64,000 bases of DNA from assembly GCA_051891855.1 (NCBI GenBank), contig JBJFFP010000082.1, forward strand, positions 12,078-76,077, written 5' to 3'. The position numbers and the translations under genes were made by a program. This document shows positions 44,823 through 53,878 of the stretch, piece by piece. Source of the stretch: Lachnospiraceae bacterium (GTDB taxonomy: Bacteria; Bacillota; Clostridia; Lachnospirales; Lachnospiraceae). The first letter of the stretch is position 1. Every line of letters begins with the position of its first letter. The notes beneath the pieces were generated by a model. It was not told the DNA's origin and searched no databases. It saw nothing but the letters and a program-made list of their open reading frames with translations.

Positions 44823-46601
44823 ATGAAGTATGAAAGAGTGGTGGAAGCGGTTTTTTTGAACCGTCCCAACCGGTTTATTGCCCGAGTATTGGTGGAAGGC
44901 CGGGAGGAAACCGTTCATGTGAAGAATACAGGACGGTGTAAGGAGCTGCTCCAGCCGGGAGTAACCGTGTATCTTTCTGATGAGGCAGGTAAGGAAAGAA
45001 AGACTAGGTATGACCTGATTGCAGTAAAGAAGGGAGAAAGAATCATCAATATGGACTCCCAGGCTCCCAATATGGCTGTTAAAGAGTGGCTTTTGTCGGG
45101 AGCAGACGGTCGTTTTCCGAGTATTCTTCAGGTGCGGCCCGAGTATACCTATGGAGACTCCCGTTTCGATTTTCTGGTTACCGAAACTGACCGTAAGACT
45201 TTGATTGAGGTAAAAGGGGTTACTTTGGAGACGGATAACATAACAGCCTTTCCCGATGCACCCTCCCACAGGGCAGTAAAACATGTGGAGGAGCTGATTC
45301 GGGCAAAAAAGGAAGGCTATGAATGCTACGTTCTTTTCGTCATCCAGATGAAGGGTGTGGATTTTCTGATTCCCAATGACCTGACCCATCCGGCCTTTGG
45401 CGAGAGTCTGCGCAGGGCAAGGAAGGCGGGAGTAAAGGTAATTGCTGTAGATACGAAGGTGACATCGGAGAAAATGACCATTCATCAGCCGGTACCCGTC
45501 TTTCTTTATTATGATCAGCTGTATCATAGGATTACTGCCCCCTTGCTGGAATGGTATGACAGGGGACACCGGGATCTGCCCTGGCGAAATCATCCGGATG
45601 CTTACCGGGTTTGGATTTCTGAAATTATGCTGCAGCAGACACGGGTAGAGGCGGTAAAATCCTATTATCAGCGTTTTCTTGAGGCTTTGCCGGATATAGA
45701 GACTCTGAGCCTTGTGGAGGAGGAAAGGCTGCTAAAGCTGTGGGAAGGCTTGGGCTACTATAACCGTGCCCGTAACTTAAAAAAGGCAGCTATCACCATC
45801 ATGGAGGAATACGGGGGGGGAATGCCTGAAACCTATGAGCAGCTGCTTAAGCTGCCAGGTATCGGCAGTTATACTGCAGGAGCTATTGCCTCCATTGCCT
45901 TTGGGGAAAGAGTGCCGGCAGTAGATGGAAATGTTCTGAGAGTGCTTAGTCGCCTGACCATGAGCGAAAGGGACATCAGTAAGCCGGAAACCAGGGTTCT
46001 TACAGAGGAAAAGCTTAAGGAGTCCATGGGGACTCAGCGTCCCGGAGACTTCAACCAGGCATTGATGGAGCTGGGAGCTACCATATGTATTCCCAAAGGA
46101 AAACCCAAATGTGGGGAATGCCCGTGGCAGAGCTTCTGTCTGGCCCATCAGGCAGGCCGGGAGGAGGAATTTCCAAGGAAAGCCCCCAAACAGGCAAGAA
46201 CCATAGAAGAAAGGACGATTTTAATCATTCAGGATGGGAACCGCTGGGTGCTTCATAAACGGCCGGATAAAGGATTGCTGGCAGGAATGTATGAATTTCC
46301 CAGCATGGAGGGGCATCAGACGAAGAAAAGGGTACTGGCTTATCTGGAGGCCATGGGGCTGACTGCCCTGCAAATAAAAAAGCTTCCTTCCGCCAGACAT
46401 ATTTTCAGCCATCGGGAATGGGACATGATGGGCTTTGCCATTCGAGTGGATGAGCTTGCACCCAGGAGAGAAAAGGCAGAAGAGGAAGAGTGGATATTCG
46501 TAACGGCAAAAGAGGCAGAAAAGAATTATCCTCTTCCTTCAGCCTTTGCTGCCTATGCAGAGCATCTGGAGATTAAACACGGAGGAAAAAAAGGAAAATG
46601 A
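44823..46601 (+). CDS. mutY: Fusion protein: SfsA-like nuclease (OB fold + PD-(D/E)xK) joined to A/G-specific adenine DNA glycosylase MutY
   Basis: Residues 1 to about 228 are SfsA-like (FLNRPNRFIA..., DFLV...IEVKGVT). The remaining ~360 aa are MutY: WYDRGHRDLPWR, the catalytic ISEIMLQQT, VDGNV, the Fe-S cluster CIPKGKPKCGECPWQSFC, and a NUDIX-like C-terminus. It is a single uninterrupted 592-codon frame. Confidence 0.85.
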   Translation: MKYERVVEAVFLNRPNRFIARVLVEGREETVHVKNTGRCKELLQPGVTVYLSDEAGKERKTRYDLIAVKKGERIINMDSQAPNMAVKEWLLSGADGRFPSILQVRPEYTYGDSRFDFLVTETDRKTLIEVKGVTLETDNITAFPDAPSHRAVKHVEELIRAKKEGYECYVLFVIQMKGVDFLIPNDLTHPAFGESLRRARKAGVKVIAVDTKVTSEKMTIHQPVPVFLYYDQLYHRITAPLLEWYDRGHRDLPWRNHPDAYRVWISEIMLQQTRVEAVKSYYQRFLEALPDIETLSLVEEERLLKLWEGLGYYNRARNLKKAAITIMEEYGGGMPETYEQLLKLPGIGSYTAGAIASIAFGERVPAVDGNVLRVLSRLTMSERDISKPETRVLTEEKLKESMGTQRPGDFNQALMELGATICIPKGKPKCGECPWQSFCLAHQAGREEEFPRKAPKQARTIEERTILIIQDGNRWVLHKRPDKGLLAGMYEFPSMEGHQTKKRVLAYLEAMGLTALQIKKLPSARHIFSHREWDMMGFAIRVDELAPRREKAEEEEWIFVTAKEAEKNYPLPSAFAAYAEHLEIKHGGKKGK

Positions 46602-47623
46602 AATTATTAACGATAGCAGTTCCCTGCTACAATTCTCAGAACTATATGCGTAAGTGCGTGGAGTCTCTGCTGAAAGGCGGAGAGGATGTGGAAATTCTGA
46701 TTGTCAATGACGGTTCCACAGATAATACGGAAGAAATAGCAGAAGAGTTCGCTGCAAAATACCCCTCCATTGTCCGGGCCATACATAAACCCAATGGGGG
46801 ACATGGCTCTGCAGTTAATACCGGGCTTGAATATGCATCAGGACTTTTTTTCAAGGTGGTAGACAGTGATGACTGGGTTAAGGAAGATGCTTACGATGCT
46901 ATCTTAAAGAAGCTGAGGGAGCTGACCCGTTCGGCACAGATGATCGATATGCTGATCAGTAATTTTGTTTACGAAAAGGAAGGTGCCGGGAAGGGAAAGG
47001 TAATGCGCTATAAGCATGCTCTGCCCCAGGAGAAAGTCTTCACCTGGAAGGATGTGGGGCATTTCAGGCCCGGACAGTATATTCTGATGCATTCAGTAAT
47101 TTATCGGACTACCCTTTTGCGGGAATGTGGACTGAAGCTTCCGGAGCATACCTTCTATGTGGATAATCTCTTTGTTTTTGAACCCCTTCCCTATGTAAAA
47201 AAGATGTATTACATGGATGTAAATTTTTACCGTTATTACATTGGCAGAGAGGATCAGTCGGTGAATGAGAAGGTAATGATCGGCAGAGTAGACCAGCAGA
47301 TTAAGGTCAATAAGCTGATGATGGAATACATGTGTGAAAATAAGGGAGTGATCAATGCAAGCTCCAAATGCAGACGGTATATGCTGAATTATCTGGACAT
47401 TATCACCACCATTTCCTCGATTATTCTGATCCGGGCAAATACGGAAGAAAGTCTGGAAAAAAAGAGAGACCTGTGGGAATATCTAAAAAAGCGGGATATA
47501 AAAATCTTTTTCCGCCTTCGTTACGGTCTTTTGGGAAATACCATGAATCTTCCCGGAAAAGGGGGACGCAGAATTTCAGTGGAGAGCTATAAGCTGTGTC
47601 AGCGCTTTTTCAAATTTAATTGA
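46598..47623 (+). CDS. Family 2 glycosyltransferase
   Basis: N-terminal GT-A motifs: AVPCYNSQNYM, NDGSTD and DSDD. Confidence 0.85.
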   Translation: MKLLTIAVPCYNSQNYMRKCVESLLKGGEDVEILIVNDGSTDNTEEIAEEFAAKYPSIVRAIHKPNGGHGSAVNTGLEYASGLFFKVVDSDDWVKEDAYDAILKKLRELTRSAQMIDMLISNFVYEKEGAGKGKVMRYKHALPQEKVFTWKDVGHFRPGQYILMHSVIYRTTLLRECGLKLPEHTFYVDNLFVFEPLPYVKKMYYMDVNFYRYYIGREDQSVNEKVMIGRVDQQIKVNKLMMEYMCENKGVINASSKCRRYMLNYLDIITTISSIILIRANTEESLEKKRDLWEYLKKRDIKIFFRLRYGLLGNTMNLPGKGGRRISVESYKLCQRFFKFN

Positions 47624-47686
47624 TGGAAATGGCCGGTTAAAGCCACTGATTGGTCTTTACTTATGTAAAATTTATCTCCCTTTTCT

Positions 47687-47703
47687 TTTACCAAAGAATT
47701 ACC
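47687..47703 (+). promoter_or_regulatory. Pho-box-like direct repeat upstream of pstS
   Basis: TTTACC aaaga ATTACC with an 11-bp period. Further TTAC cores at 47657 and 47740 are roughly in helical phase. Confidence 0.35.
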
Positions 47704-47780
47704 TGTTGCTGATTTCAGCAAATTGCCTTCTGTGCTATCTTACCTGTTGCAAACGTAAGATAGTACAGGAGGTTTTTTTT

Positions 47781-48683
47781 ATGAAAAAAATGAAGCTTGG
47801 TAAAATAACAGGAATTGTAGCAGCTGCGATTCTGGCAGCAGGAACCTTAATGGGATGTGGAGGGAATCAGACACAGGAGGGACAGGCAGCAGTTTCTAAG
47901 GCAGAGGGAACAGAAACAGCGGATACAGCAGGCGAAGCTGTGGATTTACAGGGAAGCCTGATTATGGCAGGCTCAACCTCTATGGAGAAGCTGGCAAATG
48001 CAGCAGCAGAATCCTTTATGACCAAATATCCGGGAGTAACTGTGAATGCAGAGTTTACCGGTTCTTCAGCGGGAATTGAGGCAGTATTGGCCAAAACCGT
48101 AGATATCGGAAACTCCTCCCGCAATTTGAAGGATAGTGAAAAGGAAGCCGGTGCAATAGAGAATATCGTGGCAATTGACGGGATTGCAGTAATTGTAGAT
48201 TCGGCCAATACCGTCCCCGGTCTGACCAGGCAGCAGCTGATCGATATTTACACCGGTAAGGTAAAAAACTGGAGTGAAGTAGGCGGCACAGAGGGAGTGA
48301 TCGTAGTAGTAGGGCGTGAAGCCAGAAGTGGTACAAGGGGAGCCTTTGAGGAACTTCTGGAGGTAGAAAATATCTGCAGCTATGCCAATGAGCTGGATTC
48401 TACCGGAGCAGTTATGGCTAAGGTGGCCTCTACTCCCGGTGCCATTGGTTATGTCTCCCTGGATGTTATCGATGACAGCGTAATTCCTCTTCCCCTTGAA
48501 GGTATAGAGCCTACGGAAGAAAACATCAAGGCCGGAAGCTATTTCTTAAGCAGGCCCTTTGTTATGGCTACCGCCGGAGAAATAGAAGAGCAGTCTGAGG
48601 TTGTACAGGCCTTTTTTGCCTGGATGCAGTCCGAGGAAGGGCAGGAAGTGGTAAAAGCAGTAGGGCTGATTACGGTAGATTAA
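47781..48683 (+). CDS. pstS: Phosphate ABC transporter substrate-binding lipoprotein
   Basis: Lipobox LMGC|GG. GSTSMEKL and SGTRGAFEE are typical PstS/PBP motifs. ATG at 47781 follows AGGAGG plus a T8 spacer. Confidence 0.9.
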   Translation: MKKMKLGKITGIVAAAILAAGTLMGCGGNQTQEGQAAVSKAEGTETADTAGEAVDLQGSLIMAGSTSMEKLANAAAESFMTKYPGVTVNAEFTGSSAGIEAVLAKTVDIGNSSRNLKDSEKEAGAIENIVAIDGIAVIVDSANTVPGLTRQQLIDIYTGKVKNWSEVGGTEGVIVVVGREARSGTRGAFEELLEVENICSYANELDSTGAVMAKVASTPGAIGYVSLDVIDDSVIPLPLEGIEPTEENIKAGSYFLSRPFVMATAGEIEEQSEVVQAFFAWMQSEEGQEVVKAVGLITVD

Positions 48684-48701
48684 AGAAAATAAGAGGAAAG
48701 T

Positions 48702-49619
48702 ATGAAGCAAAACAGTCTTAAAAGAAGGAGGAAGTCAGCCGGTGAATGGACGGCACAGGTTATCTTTACCATCTGTGCCTCCTGCACCATTCTGGCAGTA
48801 GCCTCCATTACCCTTTATCTGGCAGCAAACGGTACACCTGCACTGTTTAAGGTGGGAGTGGCTGAGATTCTGTTTGGCAGGGAGTGGATGCCAGCGGCAG
48901 CCCAGCCGAAATTTGGAATCTTTTACGTTGTCCTTACCTCTCTTACCGGTACCTTTCTGGCAGTATTGTTAGGAGTGCCCATAGGAGTGATGACGGGGGT
49001 TTTCTTGGCAGAGGTGGCACCCGGGAAGCTGGCAGCTGCAGTAAGACCGGCCATAGAGCTTTTGGCCGGGATTCCCTCGGTTATCTATGGCTTACTGGGA
49101 GTTATGATTTTGAATCCCCTGATGTATAAATTGGAGCTGCTTATTTTTAAGGATTCCCAAACCCATGTTTTTACAGGAGGCGCTAATCTCCTTTCGGCAG
49201 TGCTGGTATTGGCCATAATGATCTTACCTACGGTAATCAACATGAGTGAAACTGCCCTGAGAGCAGTGGATCCGAAGCTGAAAAGTGCTTCTATGGCCCT
49301 TGGGGCTTCCCACATGGAAACAATTTTTAAGGTACTACTGCCGGCAGCAAGGTCCGGTATTATTGCCGGTGTGGTGCTGGGAATCGGAAGAGCCCTGGGA
49401 GAGGCCATGGCCATTACTTTAGTATCGGGAAGCAGTGTAAATCTGCCTCTGCCCTTTAACTCCGTTAGATTTTTAACTACGGCCATCGTCAGCGAAATGG
49501 GGTATGCCTCCGATCTGCACCGACAGGTTCTTTTCACTATCGGGCTGGTACTGTTTATATTTATCATGCTCATCAATATTTTATTAGAGCGGGTAATGAA
49601 AAGGAGGACCATCCGGTGA
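48702..49619 (+). CDS. pstC: Phosphate ABC transporter permease PstC
   Basis: 305 aa with 6 TM helices and an EAA-like loop (ASMALGAS). Synteny supports the call. Confidence 0.9.
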   Translation: MKQNSLKRRRKSAGEWTAQVIFTICASCTILAVASITLYLAANGTPALFKVGVAEILFGREWMPAAAQPKFGIFYVVLTSLTGTFLAVLLGVPIGVMTGVFLAEVAPGKLAAAVRPAIELLAGIPSVIYGLLGVMILNPLMYKLELLIFKDSQTHVFTGGANLLSAVLVLAIMILPTVINMSETALRAVDPKLKSASMALGASHMETIFKVLLPAARSGIIAGVVLGIGRALGEAMAITLVSGSSVNLPLPFNSVRFLTTAIVSEMGYASDLHRQVLFTIGLVLFIFIMLINILLERVMKRRTIR

Positions 49620-50461
49620 GAAGCGATATAAGAAAAAGAAGGGATAGAAGCAAATATATTCTGATTTATCTGTCAGCAGCTTTGTCAGTGTCTTTGTTGG
49701 CCGTTATTCTGATTTATGTATTCGTTAAGGGAATGGGAAGCATAAGTATCGGCTTCTTAACCCAGGTAAAAAGTGCCTTAAAGGGAACCAGGGGAATAGC
49801 GGGAAATATTCTGAATACCGTTTATGTGGTGCTTATCACTTTGCTGTTTGCCTCACCCGTAGGGATTGGTTCGGCCATTTATTTAAATGAATATGCAAAA
49901 CCGGGGAAATTTGTACGATTAGTGGAATTTACTACTCAGACCCTGTCCGGGATTCCTTCTATTTTATTCGGACTTTTCGGTATGCTGTTTTTTGGAAATA
50001 TATTGGATTTAGGGTATTCAATCCTAACCGGCTGTTTCACCCTTACCCTGATGATTCTTCCCCTGATTATCGGAAATACCAAAGAAGCTTTAAAATCTGT
50101 CCCGGACAGCTACCGGCAGGGAGCGGCAGGAATGGGGGCAACAAAGTGGTATATGATTCGGACGATTTTACTCCCCTCGGCAATGCCGGGGATTGTTACC
50201 GGCCTGATTTTGGCTGTAGGACGGATTGTGGGGGAATCGGCAGCACTTTTATTTACCGCAGGAAGCGGTTATCTCTTACCGGCTTCGGCACAGGGTTATT
50301 TCAACAAAATCTTTGAATCCGGAGGAACCCTTACCATAGAGCTGTATTTAAGTATGTCTAAGGCTGACTATGAAACGGCTTTCGGAATTGCCCTGGTGCT
50401 TCTGGTCATCGTTTTTTTGATTAATCGCCTGACCAGACTTATCATCAGAAAACACTGTTAA
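49616..50461 (+). CDS. pstA: Phosphate ABC transporter permease PstA
   Basis: 281 aa. EAA-like loop GAAGMGATKW. Its start overlaps the pstC stop. Confidence 0.9.
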   Translation: MRSDIRKRRDRSKYILIYLSAALSVSLLAVILIYVFVKGMGSISIGFLTQVKSALKGTRGIAGNILNTVYVVLITLLFASPVGIGSAIYLNEYAKPGKFVRLVEFTTQTLSGIPSILFGLFGMLFFGNILDLGYSILTGCFTLTLMILPLIIGNTKEALKSVPDSYRQGAAGMGATKWYMIRTILLPSAMPGIVTGLILAVGRIVGESAALLFTAGSGYLLPASAQGYFNKIFESGGTLTIELYLSMSKADYETAFGIALVLLVIVFLINRLTRLIIRKHC

Positions 50462-50485
50462 AACAGCAGACAGAGGTGACAAACT

Positions 50486-51244
50486 ATGGAAACGACAAAA
50501 ATCAAAACAGACCATCTTCAGCTGCATTTCGGAGAACACCATGTACTGAAGGATATCAATATACATATTCAGAAAAATGCGGTAACTGCCCTGATTGGCC
50601 CATCCGGCTGTGGAAAATCCACTTTTTTGAAATGCATCAACCGGATGAATGATCTGGTGGATACCACAGTTATAGAAGGAAAGATTTATATTGACGGAGA
50701 GGATATTTATGATTCCGGTGTAGATACTACGGCTCTCAGAAAAAGGATAGGAATGGTTTTTCAGCAGCCCAATCCCTTTCCCATGAGTATCTATGATAAC
50801 ATCGCCTACGGGCCCAGACTCCACGGCATAAGGGATAAGAATAGGCTGAATGAAATTGTGGAAAAAAGTCTTCGGGATGCAGCCATTTTTGAAGAGGTAA
50901 AGGATCGGCTGAAAAAGAATGCCCTGGGGCTTTCGGGTGGGCAGCAGCAAAGACTTTGCATTGCCCGTGCCCTGGCGGTAGAACCGGAGGTGATTCTAAT
51001 GGATGAACCTACCTCAGCCTTGGATCCCATCTCTACATTGAAGGTGGAAGAGCTGATGGAGAATTTAAGAAAGAAATATACGGTGGTGATTGTTACTCAT
51101 AATATGCAGCAGGCGGCCAGAATATCTGACGATACAGCATTCTTTCTCAATGGAGAGATGGTTGAGTTTGGTTCAACGGAGACCATTTTCTCCCGTCCTG
51201 TAAAAAAGCAGACCGAGGATTATATTACCGGACGTTTCGGATAA
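50486..51244 (+). CDS. pstB: Phosphate ABC transporter ATP-binding protein
   Basis: Walker [10 protein letters not shown], signature [14 protein letters not shown], Walker [12 protein letters not shown]. Confidence 0.95.
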   Translation: METTKIKTDHLQLHFGEHHVLKDINIHIQKNAVTALIGPSGCGKSTFLKCINRMNDLVDTTVIEGKIYIDGEDIYDSGVDTTALRKRIGMVFQQPNPFPMSIYDNIAYGPRLHGIRDKNRLNEIVEKSLRDAAIFEEVKDRLKKNALGLSGGQQQRLCIARALAVEPEVILMDEPTSALDPISTLKVEELMENLRKKYTVVIVTHNMQQAARISDDTAFFLNGEMVEFGSTETIFSRPVKKQTEDYITGRFG

Positions 51245-51293
51245 AACAGAAAGCAGTGGCAGGAAAATAGGATAACAGGGAAGGAGAATACTA

Positions 51294-51941
51294 ATGTCAC
51301 CGAGAAATGTATTTGAGAAGGAGCTTGAGGGACTTCTGGACCGGATTGCCCAGATGAGCTATATGGTGGAAGAGGCCTATGAGCGTCTTTTTCAGGCTTT
51401 GGCAGAAAAGAACAGGGAAGCCATAGAAGAAATACAAAAAAATGATCGCAACATCAACAATTTAAATCGGGAAATTGAAAATCAGTGCCTGAAGCTGATT
51501 ACCAAGCAGCAGCCCATTGCCCGGGATTTAAGGATTATTTCTTCTGTGCTGAAAATGGTTTCCGATATTGAACGGGTAGGGGATCATGTCAGTGATATTG
51601 CCGAGCTGCTCTTAAGAATTAATATGCAGCCCTTATCCCTTTATTCTGACCATCTGGAGGGTATGGTGACTGCCACAAAGGAGCTTTTTGCACAGGCGGT
51701 GGAGGCCTTTGTCAACAATGACCTGAAAGCCTCGCACAGGGTAATTGCAGGAGATGATGTTATTGATCTTTTATTTAACAAGGTGAAAAATGATATTATC
51801 CGGGCCTTAAAGGCTGAATACAGCAATGTGGATGAGTATATTGATATCATGATGCTGACCAAATATCTGGAGAAGATCGGAGATCATGCTGTAAATGTGG
51901 CAGAATGGCAGATTTTTAGGGAAACGGGAGAGATTTCCTAG
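51294..51941 (+). CDS. phoU: Phosphate signalling complex protein PhoU
   Basis: 215 aa with two PhoU repeats carrying ERVGDH and EKIGDH motifs. Confidence 0.9.
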   Translation: MSPRNVFEKELEGLLDRIAQMSYMVEEAYERLFQALAEKNREAIEEIQKNDRNINNLNREIENQCLKLITKQQPIARDLRIISSVLKMVSDIERVGDHVSDIAELLLRINMQPLSLYSDHLEGMVTATKELFAQAVEAFVNNDLKASHRVIAGDDVIDLLFNKVKNDIIRALKAEYSNVDEYIDIMMLTKYLEKIGDHAVNVAEWQIFRETGEIS

Positions 51942-51944
51942 AAG

Positions 51945-51962
51945 TTTTACACAGATTTTACA
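51945..51962 (+). promoter_or_regulatory. Pho box (tandem TTTTACA repeats)
   Basis: TTTTACA (51945-51951), caga, TTTTACA (51956-51962). This exact direct repeat with an 11-bp period matches the Gram-positive PhoP-type TT(A/T/C)ACA-N5 pattern. A TATAAT lies at 51999-52004. Confidence 0.5.
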
Positions 51963-52073
51963 TTACCACCTTTCATTTTTTAGCTTTATCGTTTAATATA
52001 TAATCGAAGTAATTTAGGTTTTCGTTTTCTAATGTAACGATAAAGTTCACGAGCAGATGAACAGGAGGGTTTT

Positions 52074-53846
52074 ATGGACATTTTTGGCGTACTGACAATG
52101 ATTGGCGGACTTGCTTTGTTCCTGTACGGAATGAACCTGATGGGGGACGGCTTATCCAAAGCCAGTGGAGGTCGTCTGGAAAAGATACTGGAGAGATTGA
52201 CCTCCAATCCCATTAAGGCAGTTCTTCTGGGTGCTCTGGTTACGGCAGTTATTCAGTCTTCATCGGCAACCACGGTCATGGTGGTCGGCTTTGTCAATTC
52301 CGGAGTAATGCGGCTGTCCCAGGCTATAGGAATTATTATGGGTGCCAACATCGGAACGACCATAACCTCCTGGATTTTAAGCTTAAGCGGTATTGAGAGC
52401 GGTAACTTTTTTATACAGATGTTAAAGCCTTCGTCCTTTTCGCCTGTTCTGGCTGTTATCGGTGTAGGCTTTTTGCTGTTTTCCAAAAAGGAATCCCATA
52501 AGAATGTGGCCATGATTTTGGTAGGCTTTGCTATTTTGATGTTTGGTATGGATACCATGAGCGGAGCGGTTAAGCCCTTGGCGGACGTTCCGGAATTTAC
52601 CGGTATATTGACTGCCTTCAGTCAGCCAATATTGGGTATGCTGGCAGGTCTTATCCTGACGGCGGTAATTCAGAGCTCATCCGCTTCTGTAGGTATTTTG
52701 CAGGCTCTTTGTATAACCGGTTCCGTTACCTTTGGAACAGCTATTCCCATTATCATGGGACAGAATATCGGTACCTGTGTGACCGCCATGCTTTCCGGTA
52801 TCGGTGCCAGTAAAAATGCAAAGCGGGCAGCGCTGGTTCATCTTTATTTTAACATCATCGGAACAGTGGTGTTTATGATTATTTTCTATACCATAAACAG
52901 CTTCCTTCATTTTTCTTTTCTGGATGAAAGTGCCAATGCGGCAGGGATTGCCGTAGTCCACAGTGTATTCAATATTTGTGCTACGCTGGTATTACTTCCT
53001 TTTTCCAAAGGCTTGGAGAAGCTGGCCTGCCTGACCATCCCCGACGATGTTCAGGAGGAAGAAGAGCTTTCTCTTGGGGACAGAGATTTCAAGCTGCTGG
53101 ATGCCCGCTTTTTGGAGACCCCCGGATTTGCGGTGCAGCAGTGCCGTCAGGTGGCGCAGCATATGGCTGAGCAGACTAAAGAAGCTCTGTTTACCGCCAT
53201 TAAGCTGGTGGACAAGTATGAGGAAAAGAAGGCACAGAAGGTTATTTTTTTGGAAAATGAAATTGACCGGTATGAGGATCAGCTGGGTACCTATCTGGTG
53301 AAGCTGGGGCAGAAGCAGCTGTCGGAAAAGGATAATCATACCCTTTCCATTATCCTTCACTGTCTCAGTGATTTTGAGCGTATTTCCGACCATGCGGTAA
53401 CCATCCAGAGAGCAGCGGAAGAAATGTACAAAAAGGAGCTTTCTTTTTCCAAAAAAGCTGTAGAGGAGCTGGAGGTTTATACCAGGGCTGTTAAAGATAC
53501 GGTAGAGGTTGCCTTCGAGGTATTTACTCAGGAGGATCACGATAATGCCATACTGGTAGAGCCTATGGAGGAGGTTGTGGATTACCTGAAGGCAGAGCTG
53601 AAGCAGCGCCATGTTAAGCGTTTGCAGAAGGGAAAATGTACTATTGAAATGGGCTTTGTACACACAGATCTGATTACCAGCTATGAGCGTGTAACGGATC
53701 ATTGTTCCAATATAGCGGTCTGCGTAAAAGAAGTGGCAGAAGATAATTACGAGACTCATGGTTATCTGGAAGAGGTAAAGAATAAGGATAACGAAGAGTT
53801 CAGAAAGCGTTATAAGGAGCTGAAGAAAAAATATGTTCTTCCTTAA
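52074..53846 (+). CDS. Na/Pi cotransporter family protein with C-terminal PhoU-like domains
   Basis: 590 aa. Duplicated QSSSATT / QSSSASV Na/Pi-cotransporter motifs and C-terminal helical repeats with ERISDH / ERVTDH. Confidence 0.85.
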   Translation: MDIFGVLTMIGGLALFLYGMNLMGDGLSKASGGRLEKILERLTSNPIKAVLLGALVTAVIQSSSATTVMVVGFVNSGVMRLSQAIGIIMGANIGTTITSWILSLSGIESGNFFIQMLKPSSFSPVLAVIGVGFLLFSKKESHKNVAMILVGFAILMFGMDTMSGAVKPLADVPEFTGILTAFSQPILGMLAGLILTAVIQSSSASVGILQALCITGSVTFGTAIPIIMGQNIGTCVTAMLSGIGASKNAKRAALVHLYFNIIGTVVFMIIFYTINSFLHFSFLDESANAAGIAVVHSVFNICATLVLLPFSKGLEKLACLTIPDDVQEEEELSLGDRDFKLLDARFLETPGFAVQQCRQVAQHMAEQTKEALFTAIKLVDKYEEKKAQKVIFLENEIDRYEDQLGTYLVKLGQKQLSEKDNHTLSIILHCLSDFERISDHAVTIQRAAEEMYKKELSFSKKAVEELEVYTRAVKDTVEVAFEVFTQEDHDNAILVEPMEEVVDYLKAELKQRHVKRLQKGKCTIEMGFVHTDLITSYERVTDHCSNIAVCVKEVAEDNYETHGYLEEVKNKDNEEFRKRYKELKKKYVLP

Positions 53847-53878
53847 GGCTAGGATTGCTCGGATTTGAGGAGGCAGAC

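Noticed and set aside
44736-45593. 285-aa minus-strand ORF opposite the sfsA part of the fusion gene
   Set aside because: It is antisense to a motif-rich gene and has no recognisable domain.
44823-46601. SfsA-MutY fusion as a simple annotation artefact of two adjacent genes
   Set aside because: I could not reject the fusion. The frame is continuous, with no stop and no internal SD/ATG arrangement at the junction (about 45480-45540). It is therefore kept as a real fusion pending read-level verification.
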